DNA of 64,000 nucleotides from Vicugna vicugna (Eukaryota): assembly GCA_013265495.1 (NCBI GenBank), contig MU058337.1, forward strand, positions 3,616,176 through 3,680,175, given 5' to 3'. The position numbers were made by a program, and so were the translations under genes. Positions 1-10,852 of the stretch are shown here, in pieces. Numbering within the stretch: the stretch's first letter is position 1; each line of letters starts with the position of its first letter. The notes beneath the pieces were generated by a model. It ran no database searches, was not told the origin of the DNA, and was given only the letters and a program-made list of their open reading frames with translations.

Positions 1-521
1 TGTTTTATGGAGGGCCCAGGTTGTTCTGTCCTGTACACCCACAGCCCCGGCGCCCAGCCCCTTGCAGTCCCCTGGAGCTGCCTCCGTGCAGCCGCCCCTG
101 TCCTCCGCCTGGCTTGTGCAGCCTGGCCCTGCCCGCCGCTGCCGGCCCTTGTCTCAGGCTGGGTGTCGGGGGGACGCTCTGTGCCCGTTTAACTTAGCTC
201 TGTCAGACAAGGGCTGCTCTGTACAGATCCGAGACTTGGAGGCTCCCCCTCCATCCCGCTGGCCTCTCAAAGCGCCAGTCCTCCTTTGCCGCTCCCTCCC
301 CGCGGGACCCGTCCCGCGCTGCTTTGCCTTTTGTTCTTTCTTTTTTCCTTTTCTCCTACCAGATTTTTGGCGTCTTTATCTTTTGAAGAGGGCGATGATC
401 TGTTGGAGTTCCGCAGGTGCTCTGGTTGGCTGAGTGGGTCTGTAGATGTGGGTCTTGGTGTATTTATGGGAGAGGGTGGCTTACAAGCGTCCTTCTACTC
501 CGCCATCTTGCCCAGAAGTCC
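1..521 (-). mobile_element. LINE-1 5' UTR / internal promoter end; the element continues beyond the left edge of the window
   Basis: Minus strand begins GGACTTCTGGGCAAGATGGCGGAGTAGAAGGACG at 521, a typical L1 start with a YY1 site (AAGATGGCGG). It is GC/CpG-rich, with an abrupt switch to AT-rich flank after 521. Confidence 0.85.
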
Positions 522-1754
522 AGCCTGTGCTTTCTATACCTTCATTTTTAATCTGATGAAGAATGGCTCAGTTCACTTAGCTGATCACAGCACACAAATG
601 TGCTTTTGGAATCATACACCTTGAGTGATAAATACTGTAACTTAACCAATGTTTTCTCGACATGTGGCAATGAAGTCCATTTTTCCCCCTTTCCTATAAT
701 TTTGTTCACTCTGCTCCCTGCTACTTCTTTTTTTTTTTTCCCTCTGTTGACAGAGAGTAGTGATCATTCAGGTGTGTAGTTGATTCAGATACTATGACAC
801 TGGAAACTGAATGTGAACGCCAGCAGTTAACCCCTTACCTCCATTCAAAACCTCCAGATTGGAATGCAAGTACTCAGAAGGTATACTTCATTTTTTAAAG
901 GAGAAAAATAAAAATAAACACCGCTCCTAGTCATAGATCCAAGTAAAACCCAGAATCTAAAGTCCCTAAACCTGAACACCACAGCCATCATTGCTTTGCT
1001 GAATTCTCAAGTACACGGACATTTATTTAGAGAATAAGCTTCATCCACCAGAGGGATTTGTATTTTCTCCAAAGCCTCTGTGATCTCACATCCCGGTTTA
1101 CAAACCCAGATTACACATAACCTTCTGTGCTTCTCTCTCCAGTGGAGGTAAGAGGAGCAGAGCCCAGAAAGCCTCAGGCTCACGGCTGCCTTTCCACTAG
1201 CAATGAGCTCCCACTCTGCACTTCGCAAAGCGCCCCATAATCTGGAAAGAACTGCAGTTCCATTTTCCCACACAGGTTAATGAGTTCAAAGAAAAGCACT
1301 GCATAAAGAAAACAGTATCACACCTGCCAGGTTTCGTCCGTAATAATTTATCTCATCTACACAAAGATCAAATGCCACCCTTTCTCGTGTCTCTGTGGAC
1401 TGGAGAGCTTCGCTTTGCCCTTGACCTCTGCCAGAGCATCTCCTCCCTTGCCGCAGGGTGGACAGTGAGGATGGCATGGCATTTTAGCAACTTATGGAAT
1501 AGAGATGCTCAAGTGTGACCCATGGCCCTCCAGAGAGTACTGGATCCAGTTCTTTGTTCTGATCCATTTATTTTCCCACTGTCAAGTGACAGCGTACAGG
1601 ACAGGTGAGACCTGGGCCTTTCGTCACACTAACATTGACTACATTGCCAGTTCAGATCCACTACCCTGTAGTTAGGGTGCGTCGTGGTATAAACACACTC
1701 AAATAGATGATTCTCCTTTTCTTTCAGTGGTTTAAAAAAAAAAAACACTGTGCA

Positions 1755-1920
1755 GGGGGTTGGGGGAGCATATTGCTCAGTGGTAGAGTTCCTGCATGCA
1801 TGAGGTCCTGAGTTCAAGCCCCAGTATCTCTATTAAAATTAAAGAAATAAATAAACCTAATTACCTCCCGCCAAAACAACAAAAAAGAAAGCAAGAACAA
1901 TAAAAACATTAAAAAAAAAA
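1755..1920 (+). mobile_element. tRNA-derived SINE, camelid vic-1-like
   Basis: G-rich head, A box (TTGCTCAGTGG ~1773), B box (GAGTTCAAGCCC ~1810), tail motif AAATAAATAAACCTAATTACCTCCC, A-rich end. Confidence 0.85.
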
Positions 1921-2189
1921 GTTTTCCAGGAAAGCTACATTAGAAATGGTAATAAAAATCTTGAACCCTTATAACTAGGTTGATTGTGCTCCCCGCCTGA
2001 GAGAAGCATCATTCCAGAAAAATTCTGCCTTCCCCTTTTAGAACACTTTTCCAATAGTTTCCGTTACTCCTATGTATTAATGTTCAGAATAGTATACGGA
2101 TCAGCCCCTGTGGCCTTTTACTTATTCTGACTTGTTATCTCCAGAAGCTGCATAGCATCTTGGCTATTGTGTGGATAACTGTCAAGTAA

Positions 2190-2620
2190 TAAAGCAGAAG
2201 CAAGAGGCTAAGTCGGATGTGACTGAGGTTGGACGGTGGCGATCTGGAGTCAGACAGTCATAGTAGAAATGGCGAGAGACGAATGGGTTTCTGCTAGATT
2301 GTGGAGGTGGTACTGCTAATAGATTAGTATTTGCTAATCATTGAGATGTTACCTTTAAGAAAGGGACACACGAAGGGTCTGTCCTGTGATTCTGGCCTAT
2401 GCAGCTCAGCAGGTGGCGACACCATTCACGGACTTGAAAAGACGGGGGAAGGAGAAGTCTTTGGGAGTGTGGCGAGAAATCAGTTATTCTGTTTTGGAGA
2501 AGCTACGTCAGAGATGTCTACAAGGCATCAGTGTGGAGATAATAAACAGGCAGTCAGGTACATGAGCTCAGTGAATAGCTGAGGGATGGAGATACAACGT
2601 TAGGGATCACCAGGAAAGAG
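2190..2620 (-). mobile_element. L2 (LINE-2) remnant
   Basis: Purine-rich degenerate L2-like text (GTGGAGATAATAAACAGGCAGTCAGG...GGATGGAGATACAACGTTAGGGATCACC). Confidence 0.55.
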
Positions 2621-2740
2621 ACTGAAACACAGGCCATTCAGCAGGGGTATTGTCACCACGGGACACGTTAAATGAAGCACTGTGGGTCCCCTCCTCCCGC
2701 CTAGTCAGCCCTCTGTTCTCACTGAGAAACCAGGAGAGCT

Positions 2741-2862
2741 GGGAGGAGGGCATAGCTGAAGTGAGAGCTCATGCTTAGCTTACAGCAAGGACCTGGGTTC
2801 AATCCCCAGTACTTCCTCTAAAAATAAATAAATAAACCTAATTACCCTCCTCCAAAAAAAAA
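2741..2862 (+). mobile_element. tRNA-derived SINE, camelid vic-1-like, with target-site duplication
   Basis: A-box-like CATAGCTGAAGTG, B box GGGTTCAATCCC, tail AAATAAATAAACCTAATTACCCTCC plus poly(A). Flanked by AAACCAGGAGAGCT and AAATCAGGAGAACT (TSD with 2 mismatches). Confidence 0.88.
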
Positions 2863-3514
2863 ATCAGGAGAACTAAACAAAGTAGAAGTCCACTTCCATG
2901 TTCCCACCTGTGAGCGGCAAGCAGTTTGAGAGCTCACTCGTGTCCCAAAGAATACATGTGTCATGTGGCTTCTTATTTCAGCTCACATTCAGTGTAAGGA
3001 ACAGCAGTCAAATGGATGAATGAAATTTCAGGCATTTCTTTAATATCTGAGGCCTGGCGTATCTTCCCATTGAAATCATTTCAGCGCCTCAAAAAAGAGC
3101 TCTCACCAGCCACATCTCTCTAGTTTTAGGAAATACTCAGAACACCCTAGAATACCGCAGCGCCCTCCTCACGCCCACACGGTGCGGAAACAACCACAGT
3201 GTCAACGAAATGTAACAGCAGTTTATAATCTAAATTCCCATTACTCTATTACAAAATTTTGCTGCAAAACATGTGTGTCAAAATCAAATATCACTTTAAA
3301 GACTAGACTTGAATTTTCATGACCAGCTGCAGAGAATTATTGTTATTTAGGGGGAAGAAAGATATATAAGGAGAGTAAAACAAAAAGATTTCCAGATTTC
3401 AGAGCCTTCAGGGCATTATTTCTTCTGTGCCAATGAGTGTTTCATTGCCAACCCGAACACTTAAAACCAGTTATTGAGATGTTGCTACAAGGTTAAGCTA
3501 AAAATATAATGTAT

Positions 3515-3665
3515 ATAATGGTTAGAGAGTGGATTCCAGACCAAAGATGCCCATTTTCAGATCTCAGCTTTGCCAAACTTTTGAAGTATGAGCTTAGACA
3601 GATTACCTAACTTCTCTTTTCCTTTTTTGTCAAATCGCTCACCTTTAAAATAGTTACAATAATAT
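3515..3665 (+). mobile_element. MIR SINE remnant
   Basis: AATGGTTAGAGAGTGG...CTCAGCTTTGCCA...TTACCTAACTTCTCT...CTCACCTTTAAAAT follows the MIR core order. Confidence 0.6.
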
Positions 3666-3974
3666 TGTCAAAGTCATGTCTCCGTGTAGAACTTGCCCAT
3701 GGAAATATAGATGCTCAAATCCCATCCATGAGAACATACTCTCGTCTGCCTAAATACGCCATAAATCCATCATTTCTCTAAGACATAACTAGAAGTTGTT
3801 GCCCTTCCCTTTTATATTTCTTTTTCCAAATTGAGATGTAATGAAATGGGCAATTCTAAAACTCTCAATAAAGATTTAAGTACGACTAACAAGCACCAGT
3901 GAAGGGGAAAATTGTGCCTAACAACTATTTTACAAAGATTTTCCTCATGTCACTTCTCTTTACATGTAAGACTA

Positions 3975-4075
3975 TAGCTAACATAGCACGTACTGTGTTC
4001 TAGGCACTATTCTAAGTGCTCTGCAAACTTTATCTCCTTGGATTTTCATGGCTGTCCCATGAGGATGGTTTGGAC
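3975..4075 (-). mobile_element. MIR SINE remnant
   Basis: TACTGTGTTCTAGGCACTATTCTAAGTGCT is the MIR 3' part in reverse orientation. Confidence 0.55.
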
Positions 4076-7000
4076 TCTTAATCACTCTGTCGTATTTCCT
4101 CTAATTGTAAACAAAAGACACTGTACATTCATTTAAAACATTTGGTGGAAGGTAAGACGGTGGCCTGTCATGGCAGAAATCTCCTCCCACTCAAGTAAGT
4201 TTTATGAAATGACACTGCATCTATTACAATACAAACTAACATATGAGACAGTCTAAGAGGTGCTATCTAATTTTAAAATCTAGATGTCCCAAAGTGCCAC
4301 AGTTTGACTTTCAGTGTGTATTTTATTAAATTCTCATAGTGACTAGTGTCCGAGGGAACCGAGTTGGGGAAATGCTGATTTAGATTCTTCTCAGGACAAG
4401 CAGACTCTTCTTTTGTAGAAATACTCTGAGAAGACTGACTTTTACTGGCATCAGTGAATGCGTTTTGGGAGAAATTGGAGGGATGATCTTTCAGGGGGTC
4501 TGTTTCACTTGTAAAAGGAGACTTAGGAATTCCTGAGCAGTGGATATTATGAAATCAGTGTCTCATGTATCAACTACTTTGCTTAACTGGATACCAGCAG
4601 GTTTCTGATAACTTTTATGCTCAGTATGGTGTCTGACGGGACAACCAGGAAGACTCTTTAAACGCCCCGTGTAGTCCATATTTCTCTTACATATTCTAAT
4701 TATTCACCCCAAGGGGTTTAGGGAATCTTGCATAAAAGTCTCTCTCACAAACACACATATACACACGTGATAAATAATTGACCTGTGTCTCTGACCCTCC
4801 TCCCCGCCATTACTAGGTGACTCTATGATTGTGACTTGAAGACCTTTAAGTATCATGAGGGTCTATCTCATGTACTTTATAGTGACTGTGTTATAAACCT
4901 TTACTGAGTGCATACGGAGTAAGAGCACACAGTCCATGCTCCTATACCACGTTCATTCACCCACTCATGGAGTGGCCTCTTGTATGCCAGCTGTATTATT
5001 TTGTTTGGTCATTACACCAATTCTGTGGGCTGAGAATTATTATCCTCATGTTATATGTGATAAAAAAGACACTAAAAAAGGAATTTTAAAAGAACTCAAA
5101 TCATAACAACTGGATTCAATTCTTGGTCTTCTGTACCCAGCATGCCTTCAACTAGAGTTCTATAGCAAAGATGTCTTCCTGTGGCATATGTTTTTCTTAT
5201 CTTCAGGATTCTGTGGCTTTCAAACAGACAGAGTTGCGTTTCTGTGTCCTGGATGTTTCTGTCATGGAAATTCAATACGTCCCTTAAAGTTTATTAAAAT
5301 ATTGTTGATTCTACCATACAACTCTAATTATACCTTCCATTTAAATAATGGCTTTAGTGGGACCCTATCAACTCCATCTAGGTGGACAGAGTTTCGGGGC
5401 AAAGCTGATGAGAGAACCTGAATCAGAGAGCGGATATATCTCATCGTTAGTAGCACATTCTAGCCACCAGGGCACAAATTCACAATTAGAGAAGTCTGTG
5501 AGTGGGCTTCTTGAATTTTCTGGCTTTCCAAACTAAAAGGCAAAGTTGCTGTTAGACAGCAGGAAGGCATTTCCCTGGGGATCAAAGCTAAAGCTATATT
5601 CAATGTTAAAGGGTTCCATGACCCAAAATTACTATCCACTTACAGAAGAGAACACATTAGCCCCTCCCTACCTCACTCACAATACCAGTTTTGGTCCTGA
5701 GTATTAGACTGGCATTTGCATGTCAAATGCAAGGGCACAAGGTTAAGTCCTTGGATTCTCTCTCTTGCTCTGGACATAAACATTTATTGCTAAGATTAGG
5801 ATGAAAACCTTAGAAAAAGAGTTAAATTAAGGGTAAATGAAGTCCTTGTTTCCTATATTTGTTTCAGACCCATGTGCGAAGGTCAGAAGTCCAATAGACA
5901 AGTGTGGAAAGCCTCCAGTGTTTAAAGAGAGTGTGAATTCAAATGGAAGCATCCGTTTCTACATACCTCCCTCTAAACCTGTGGCAGCTTAAATACATGG
6001 AAAACAATTCAAGATCTCAAGATTCTAGCTACCTCCATCATCTCTCCACCACTGAGACAGGACTATCAATGATGGCTACTAAACTGCATATGTGTGGAGA
6101 CGGCTGAGTAGCTGGTGGTGCTGTCTAACAAGGGCTGAGCTTATCCTGACCACCTGGGGAGGTCTGTCTGTATTAAAGACAGAGAGGATCACTCAGGAGG
6201 TGAGGAACTCAATATGAGAAAAGGACTGATCTAAGACATAGCTACTTTCTGGCAACCATTTAGAGTTAATTAAGAAAAGCTTCAGAAGCCTCAGGGACAA
6301 ACCAATGGAGAATTAATTTTATGTCCTTTGGAAACAGCTGATTTTCAGGAGGCTGCAGCACTAACTGCACAGTTTGAGCTCTCTTTCCATTGGTGGTGTC
6401 CGCTGCTGGACCCTGGTGGCAGCAAAGCAGCAAAGTGACATTAGGACCAGTATTATTAATGGGAGAGGAATCAAGGCCAGAGGCCACAATGTCAGTGGAG
6501 CAGAAAAACAAAATCTGCAATGAGTTTAATTAAAACAATAAAATCTGCTATTTGCTTCAAAAGACACAGCAGCAGCTAGTGTTCTGGGATGGATATAGGA
6601 CCCTCACAGTGGGCCCTCTGGGAGCAATGAGTTGAAGCACATGATGAGATGAGGGCCATTCTCACTCACCCATCATCCCAAGAGAGAACCAGCCCAAGTC
6701 TGGGCATGGAGGACCCTAGGAGGGAACCAGAGGACTGGTTGAGCTAAAGATAGAACCCAAGAAGGAAACGAAGTATGGCTTCAGGCTAACAACTCTGTGG
6801 TTAAAGACAGAGCCATTGATTTTCACAGTGGCTTGAACCACTTGGGAAAGTATGGCTTCCACACATAGGTACCAAATGAGTGCTTGTTTACATACAAGTT
6901 GGAAATAGAAGGCTGGGCAGGTGGGTTCATGCCTAAACTTGATGTATTTGATATCTGAAAGTACTGCACAGATAGCATTTGTGGACTATTTCTTAATTTC

Positions 7001-9016
7001 AATTGAAATACTCTGAGATAAGGAATAGAAGAGATTTAATATGATATGCTTAATGTAAGTGACTATTTGGAGCACAATTGCTAAGGTTAATATTTTACAT
7101 GCAGTTGGAAGTTGGAAAGATTATTTTGACCTTGTGGTTTTAAGAACAAAGGACCTAAGATCTCAGGCACTCAGAATCACAGGGGATTAAGAGAGAGCAT
7201 CAACTGACTGAGGAGAACCAGCAGCTACACAACAAAGAAGAACTGGCAGAAGTTGTGTTCTGGTAGCATCTCTGGTGAAAAGCTCTGCCTGTCCAACCCC
7301 CTCTGTCTCCTTCATGATTTCTGGAGGACTCCTGTGGGACCCCCTTGAGTTCTGCATAGCCAAGATACAAAATTCCCTAGAGATTCCATTGAAGATCTAT
7401 GCCTTCCTTCAGTTCTCTGAGCACTGCAAAGATTAGACTCATGTTTTTCTATCTCAATCCCAATTCAATTTCATGTCTACCATGTGCCTCATTCTATTTA
7501 TCATCTTTAGAGTCTATGCACAACTTTTGCTATCGCTTCAGAAGTTTTTCTCTTTTTGCCACTTTTATATATCCATCCATTCACTTGTTCATTTTTCAAC
7601 AGCAATAATGTTTGCCAAGAAATGATTCCCATTATACAAATCATTTTAAATAATACATGCTGAAAATGCATGCTAATCACTATGTGGGAAAAAAACTAAG
7701 CACATCAAAGATACAGCAATACATTGCAAACATTTGTAAAGGACAAACTGACCAGAAATCTGAAAATGATGTATACTAGTGACCTGTTTTGATCCTTTCA
7801 GTCAATTCCAACTTTTTACTTTTTTGAAAGAGAGTATAAAAGGTAGCTCACCTGAAATCTTGTTTTTTTTTTTTTCCTGGCTTATTATATATTGAAGAAT
7901 ATCTTAAGGAGTAGGTTTCACACCTGCATATTTTATTGATCACATCAAAATACCTGGACCGTTATCATACAGCATTGCAATGATGTCATCCTTGAAGGTT
8001 GGAAGAATATTCATATCATCATATTATTTTGTGATAACATATGGAATAAAGATGAGGATATTGAAATGATATTCACATAGATTCATTCATCCACATAGAT
8101 TGCTTATACAAAATAGTCCATGCAATTGATTTTAAGGTACATTGCTAAATCTTATTCATAGAATGTTCTAAAACACAGGAACATAATAACTTAACTTGGT
8201 AAACTTAATTAAGGAATTAGAAAGAACTGTTTTCAGTTTGAACATGAAGGTGAAAATTCAGTTTTCTGCTATCTCATCTTGGAGGTCATTGAAAAAATAG
8301 TAAATGAAAAAAAATTAATTTTCAGTGAAACAAGGAGGCAGATGGGAAACTAGACAACAAAACAGATGGAGTGGCTACCAGGAAAGATATAGATGAAGTA
8401 GGCAAACAGGAAAAAGTGGAGCTACTGTACCAGTAGAGAAGATTCAGTTCTGATGAATTCCAAACAAAAAGGAAGCACCACTCTTAGAAGATGAGAAGCA
8501 CACACTTATTTGCAAAACACTAGATTACCACTGAGGTGACTGGTTTTGAGAAACAAAGGAGGTAGAAGTAAATGAGAATGTGTCCAAAAAAAAAAAGCCA
8601 TTTTTTAACAGAATGTATACTGTCTCCATGGCAATAGTCAAGAAGAGAGTTTTTGCATTGTGGTTTTTCACAATTGGCTGTTTATTTTATTTAATCATGA
8701 AAAAGAAAAGCACTATCAAATTCAGACAAAAAATATATCCAAGAAAAATAAACAATAAGACTCAAAATTCCAACTAGACTGAAACATGTCCAGACAAATC
8801 CCAAAATAAATCACTTGCAAGTACCCACTGAGGGGCTGGAGGGGTGGGGAAATCACCTCTTTCAGTGATGTGCAATGAAAAAGGAATCAATACAGACTCT
8901 ATGCAAATATATTACATGAAAAAAAAGGAAAGGGAACAGAAAATGACATCAAGAGTTTGCAGCACACAGTCTTAACACTGAGAAGGTGAAAATGATAATC
9001 AAAAGTATTTTCAGGA

Positions 9017-9086
9017 ATATCTATCTATATCTATCTATATCTATATCTATATCTGTATCTGTGTCTATATCTAGATAGATAGATAT
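9017..9086. repeat. Compound (TATC)n/(ATCTAT)n microsatellite ending in (GATA)n
   Basis: Read directly from the sequence. Confidence 0.9.
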
Positions 9087-9199
9087 TAATTGGAGAAAGA
9101 GCAAAAAGCAAAAATATAGAACAACAAGACGAACTGAAAGTTAAGCTAACACAATTAAAAAAAAAGTGGGTGGATGGAGAGAAGGTTGTATAGAATCAT

Positions 9200-9385
9200 G
9201 TTTCCTTGTAAATGCATGAAATACGTGGAAAAGAAACACAGAGAACTATTAATGCTAACTATTTGCTGGAGGTAAACTCAGAGACTCTACAGGGTTTAGC
9301 ATGATATACAGAATACTTACACTTTTTGAACTGTGAACTATATGAGAATGTAATAACTAATCAAAACTTAAATAATTTTTTAAAA
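9200..9385 (+). mobile_element. Old L1 (L1MC/L1ME-like) 3' end remnant
   Basis: TTTGAACTGTGAACTATATGAGAATGTAATAACTAATCAAAA resembles old L1M 3' termini. Confidence 0.4.
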
Positions 9386-9814
9386 TATCACAAACTGTTA
9401 GCAGGTAGGTGGTCTATTAGAAATCCCCAGATACTTCAGGCCAAAGCATCCAAACTGCCTTTAGCTCACTTACAAATTTAGCACTTCCTTTTCCTCAATT
9501 TGACGTGTGAAACCTTGGGATGTGCAGGCTTCAGCACTCCCTGAAGCGTTCTCTGACAGGCAGGGCGCTAGGCCTGGGCAAGGCTGGTGACCCTTGTCTT
9601 GCATCTTCTCTCTGCCTGTACTGACAGCTCCTCGGATTTCCTAGGCTTCCAAGTCTACAGTCTTTGTTCCAAGCAGCCTCAGGACACATAGGATCGGCAG
9701 TGAACTGATTTTCTTACATTTTCCTTTATCTCTTTCCCTGTCTTGGCCAGTCACATCCCAAGGACCATGTCATAACAACAGTCACCTGTTTTCGGTTTTT
9801 TGATTTTTTTGTTC

Positions 9815-9930
9815 TCTCAGATGAGAAAACTGAGCCTAAGAGGATGAAACAGTTTGTCCCAAGATCACAAAAGGGGTAAAATTAAAAAAGTGAAAACTAC
9901 AAGATTTGAACCTCATCTTCAGTGTCCTGG
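9815..9930 (-). mobile_element. MIR SINE core
   Basis: CAGATGAGAAAACTGAGCCTAAGAGG...TTTGTCCCAAGATCACA...GATTTGAACC. Confidence 0.7.
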
Positions 9931-10017
9931 GTATCACCTCTTGCATTCTTTTAAATAAGGGCTAGTTTTCACACAACAGGAATTGTTGTCATAAGGATAA
10001 AACTCTTATCATCATAG

Positions 10018-10648
10018 TGATGCAGGAAAGCAGATGTGGGGTGTGAGGAGGGCCGTGTCCCAGGCTTCGTTTGAGCCCTTGGGATGTGCCCCGCCAAGTG
10101 TGGGTTCCTGGCTTCGCGCAGGAAAGAATTCAAGAGCGGACCACAGTTGAATAAAGGTAGATTTATTCAGAGAGATATATCGAAAGAAGAGAAGGGCCAC
10201 AAGGTGTGGGGGTTGGGTGCTCAGATTAAAAGTACGTACACACTCCATAGACAGAGTGTGCACTGACTCCTAAAGGAAAGGGGTGGGGGCAGCTTTGAGG
10301 TACCATGTTGCTAGTTTTTACAGGCTTGGTGGCTTCATATGCTAATAAGTGGGAGGACCAGTCCAAGTGGCCTGGGGAAGGAGCTGGGATTCCCAGGAAG
10401 TTGGCCATTTCCCACTCTTTGACCTTTTGTGGCTAGCCTTGGGACTGCCATGGTGCCTGTGGGCGTGCTATTCACCATGTTAATATGTTACAATGGGAGT
10501 ATAATGAAGCTCAAGATCTACTAGAAGTTAAATCTCTCATCATCTTGAGCCTCAAGGCCGACTAGGGGTTGAATCTTTCACCATTTTGATGTTAATTGCT
10601 GTAGCAGTCCTTGAATGGCTGTGCCCTGCCCCCTTCCATCCTGTCTCA
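10018..10648 (-). mobile_element. Solo endogenous retrovirus LTR (ERV1-like)
   Basis: TG...CA termini (minus strand TGAGACAGG...CCTGCATCA), 4-bp flanks ATAG/ACAG, minus-strand TATA-like CCTGTAAAAA (~10316-10325) and AATAAA (10162-10167). GC-richer than the flanks; no internal gag/pol. Confidence 0.85.
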
Positions 10649-10852
10649 ACAGCAATAAAATCAATTTCAATAATGCGATCAAAACATGGTTTTTTTGCAT
10701 CTTATCACTCAGGAGATACATATTTTCTGCTTTGTATTTAACATTAAAGTTTCGAATATTATGCTTTCCTTTTGGGAAATCCAGAAAACACACCTTCACT
10801 TACACTTCACTCAGACTTTTTTTCACCTCAGCAACTTGATAAAACCACATAC

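Noticed and set aside
62..624. 123-aa and 112-aa plus-strand ORFs
   Set aside because: TTG starts in a GC-rich L1 5' UTR; low-complexity products.
1755..1830. tRNA-like sequence (also at 2741 and 48500)
   Set aside because: A and B boxes are present but there is no cloverleaf; A tails and TSDs show these are SINEs, not tRNA genes.
5712..5730. Octamer ATTTGCAT in a small inverted repeat, near-match to an Oct-Sox composite
   Set aside because: The Sox half is mismatched and octamers occur several times in the window at about chance frequency.
5850..8300. Unclassified stretch considered as a possible endogenous viral or transposase remnant
   Set aside because: Hand translation of parts gave no recognisable motifs; likely very old repeats that I cannot name.
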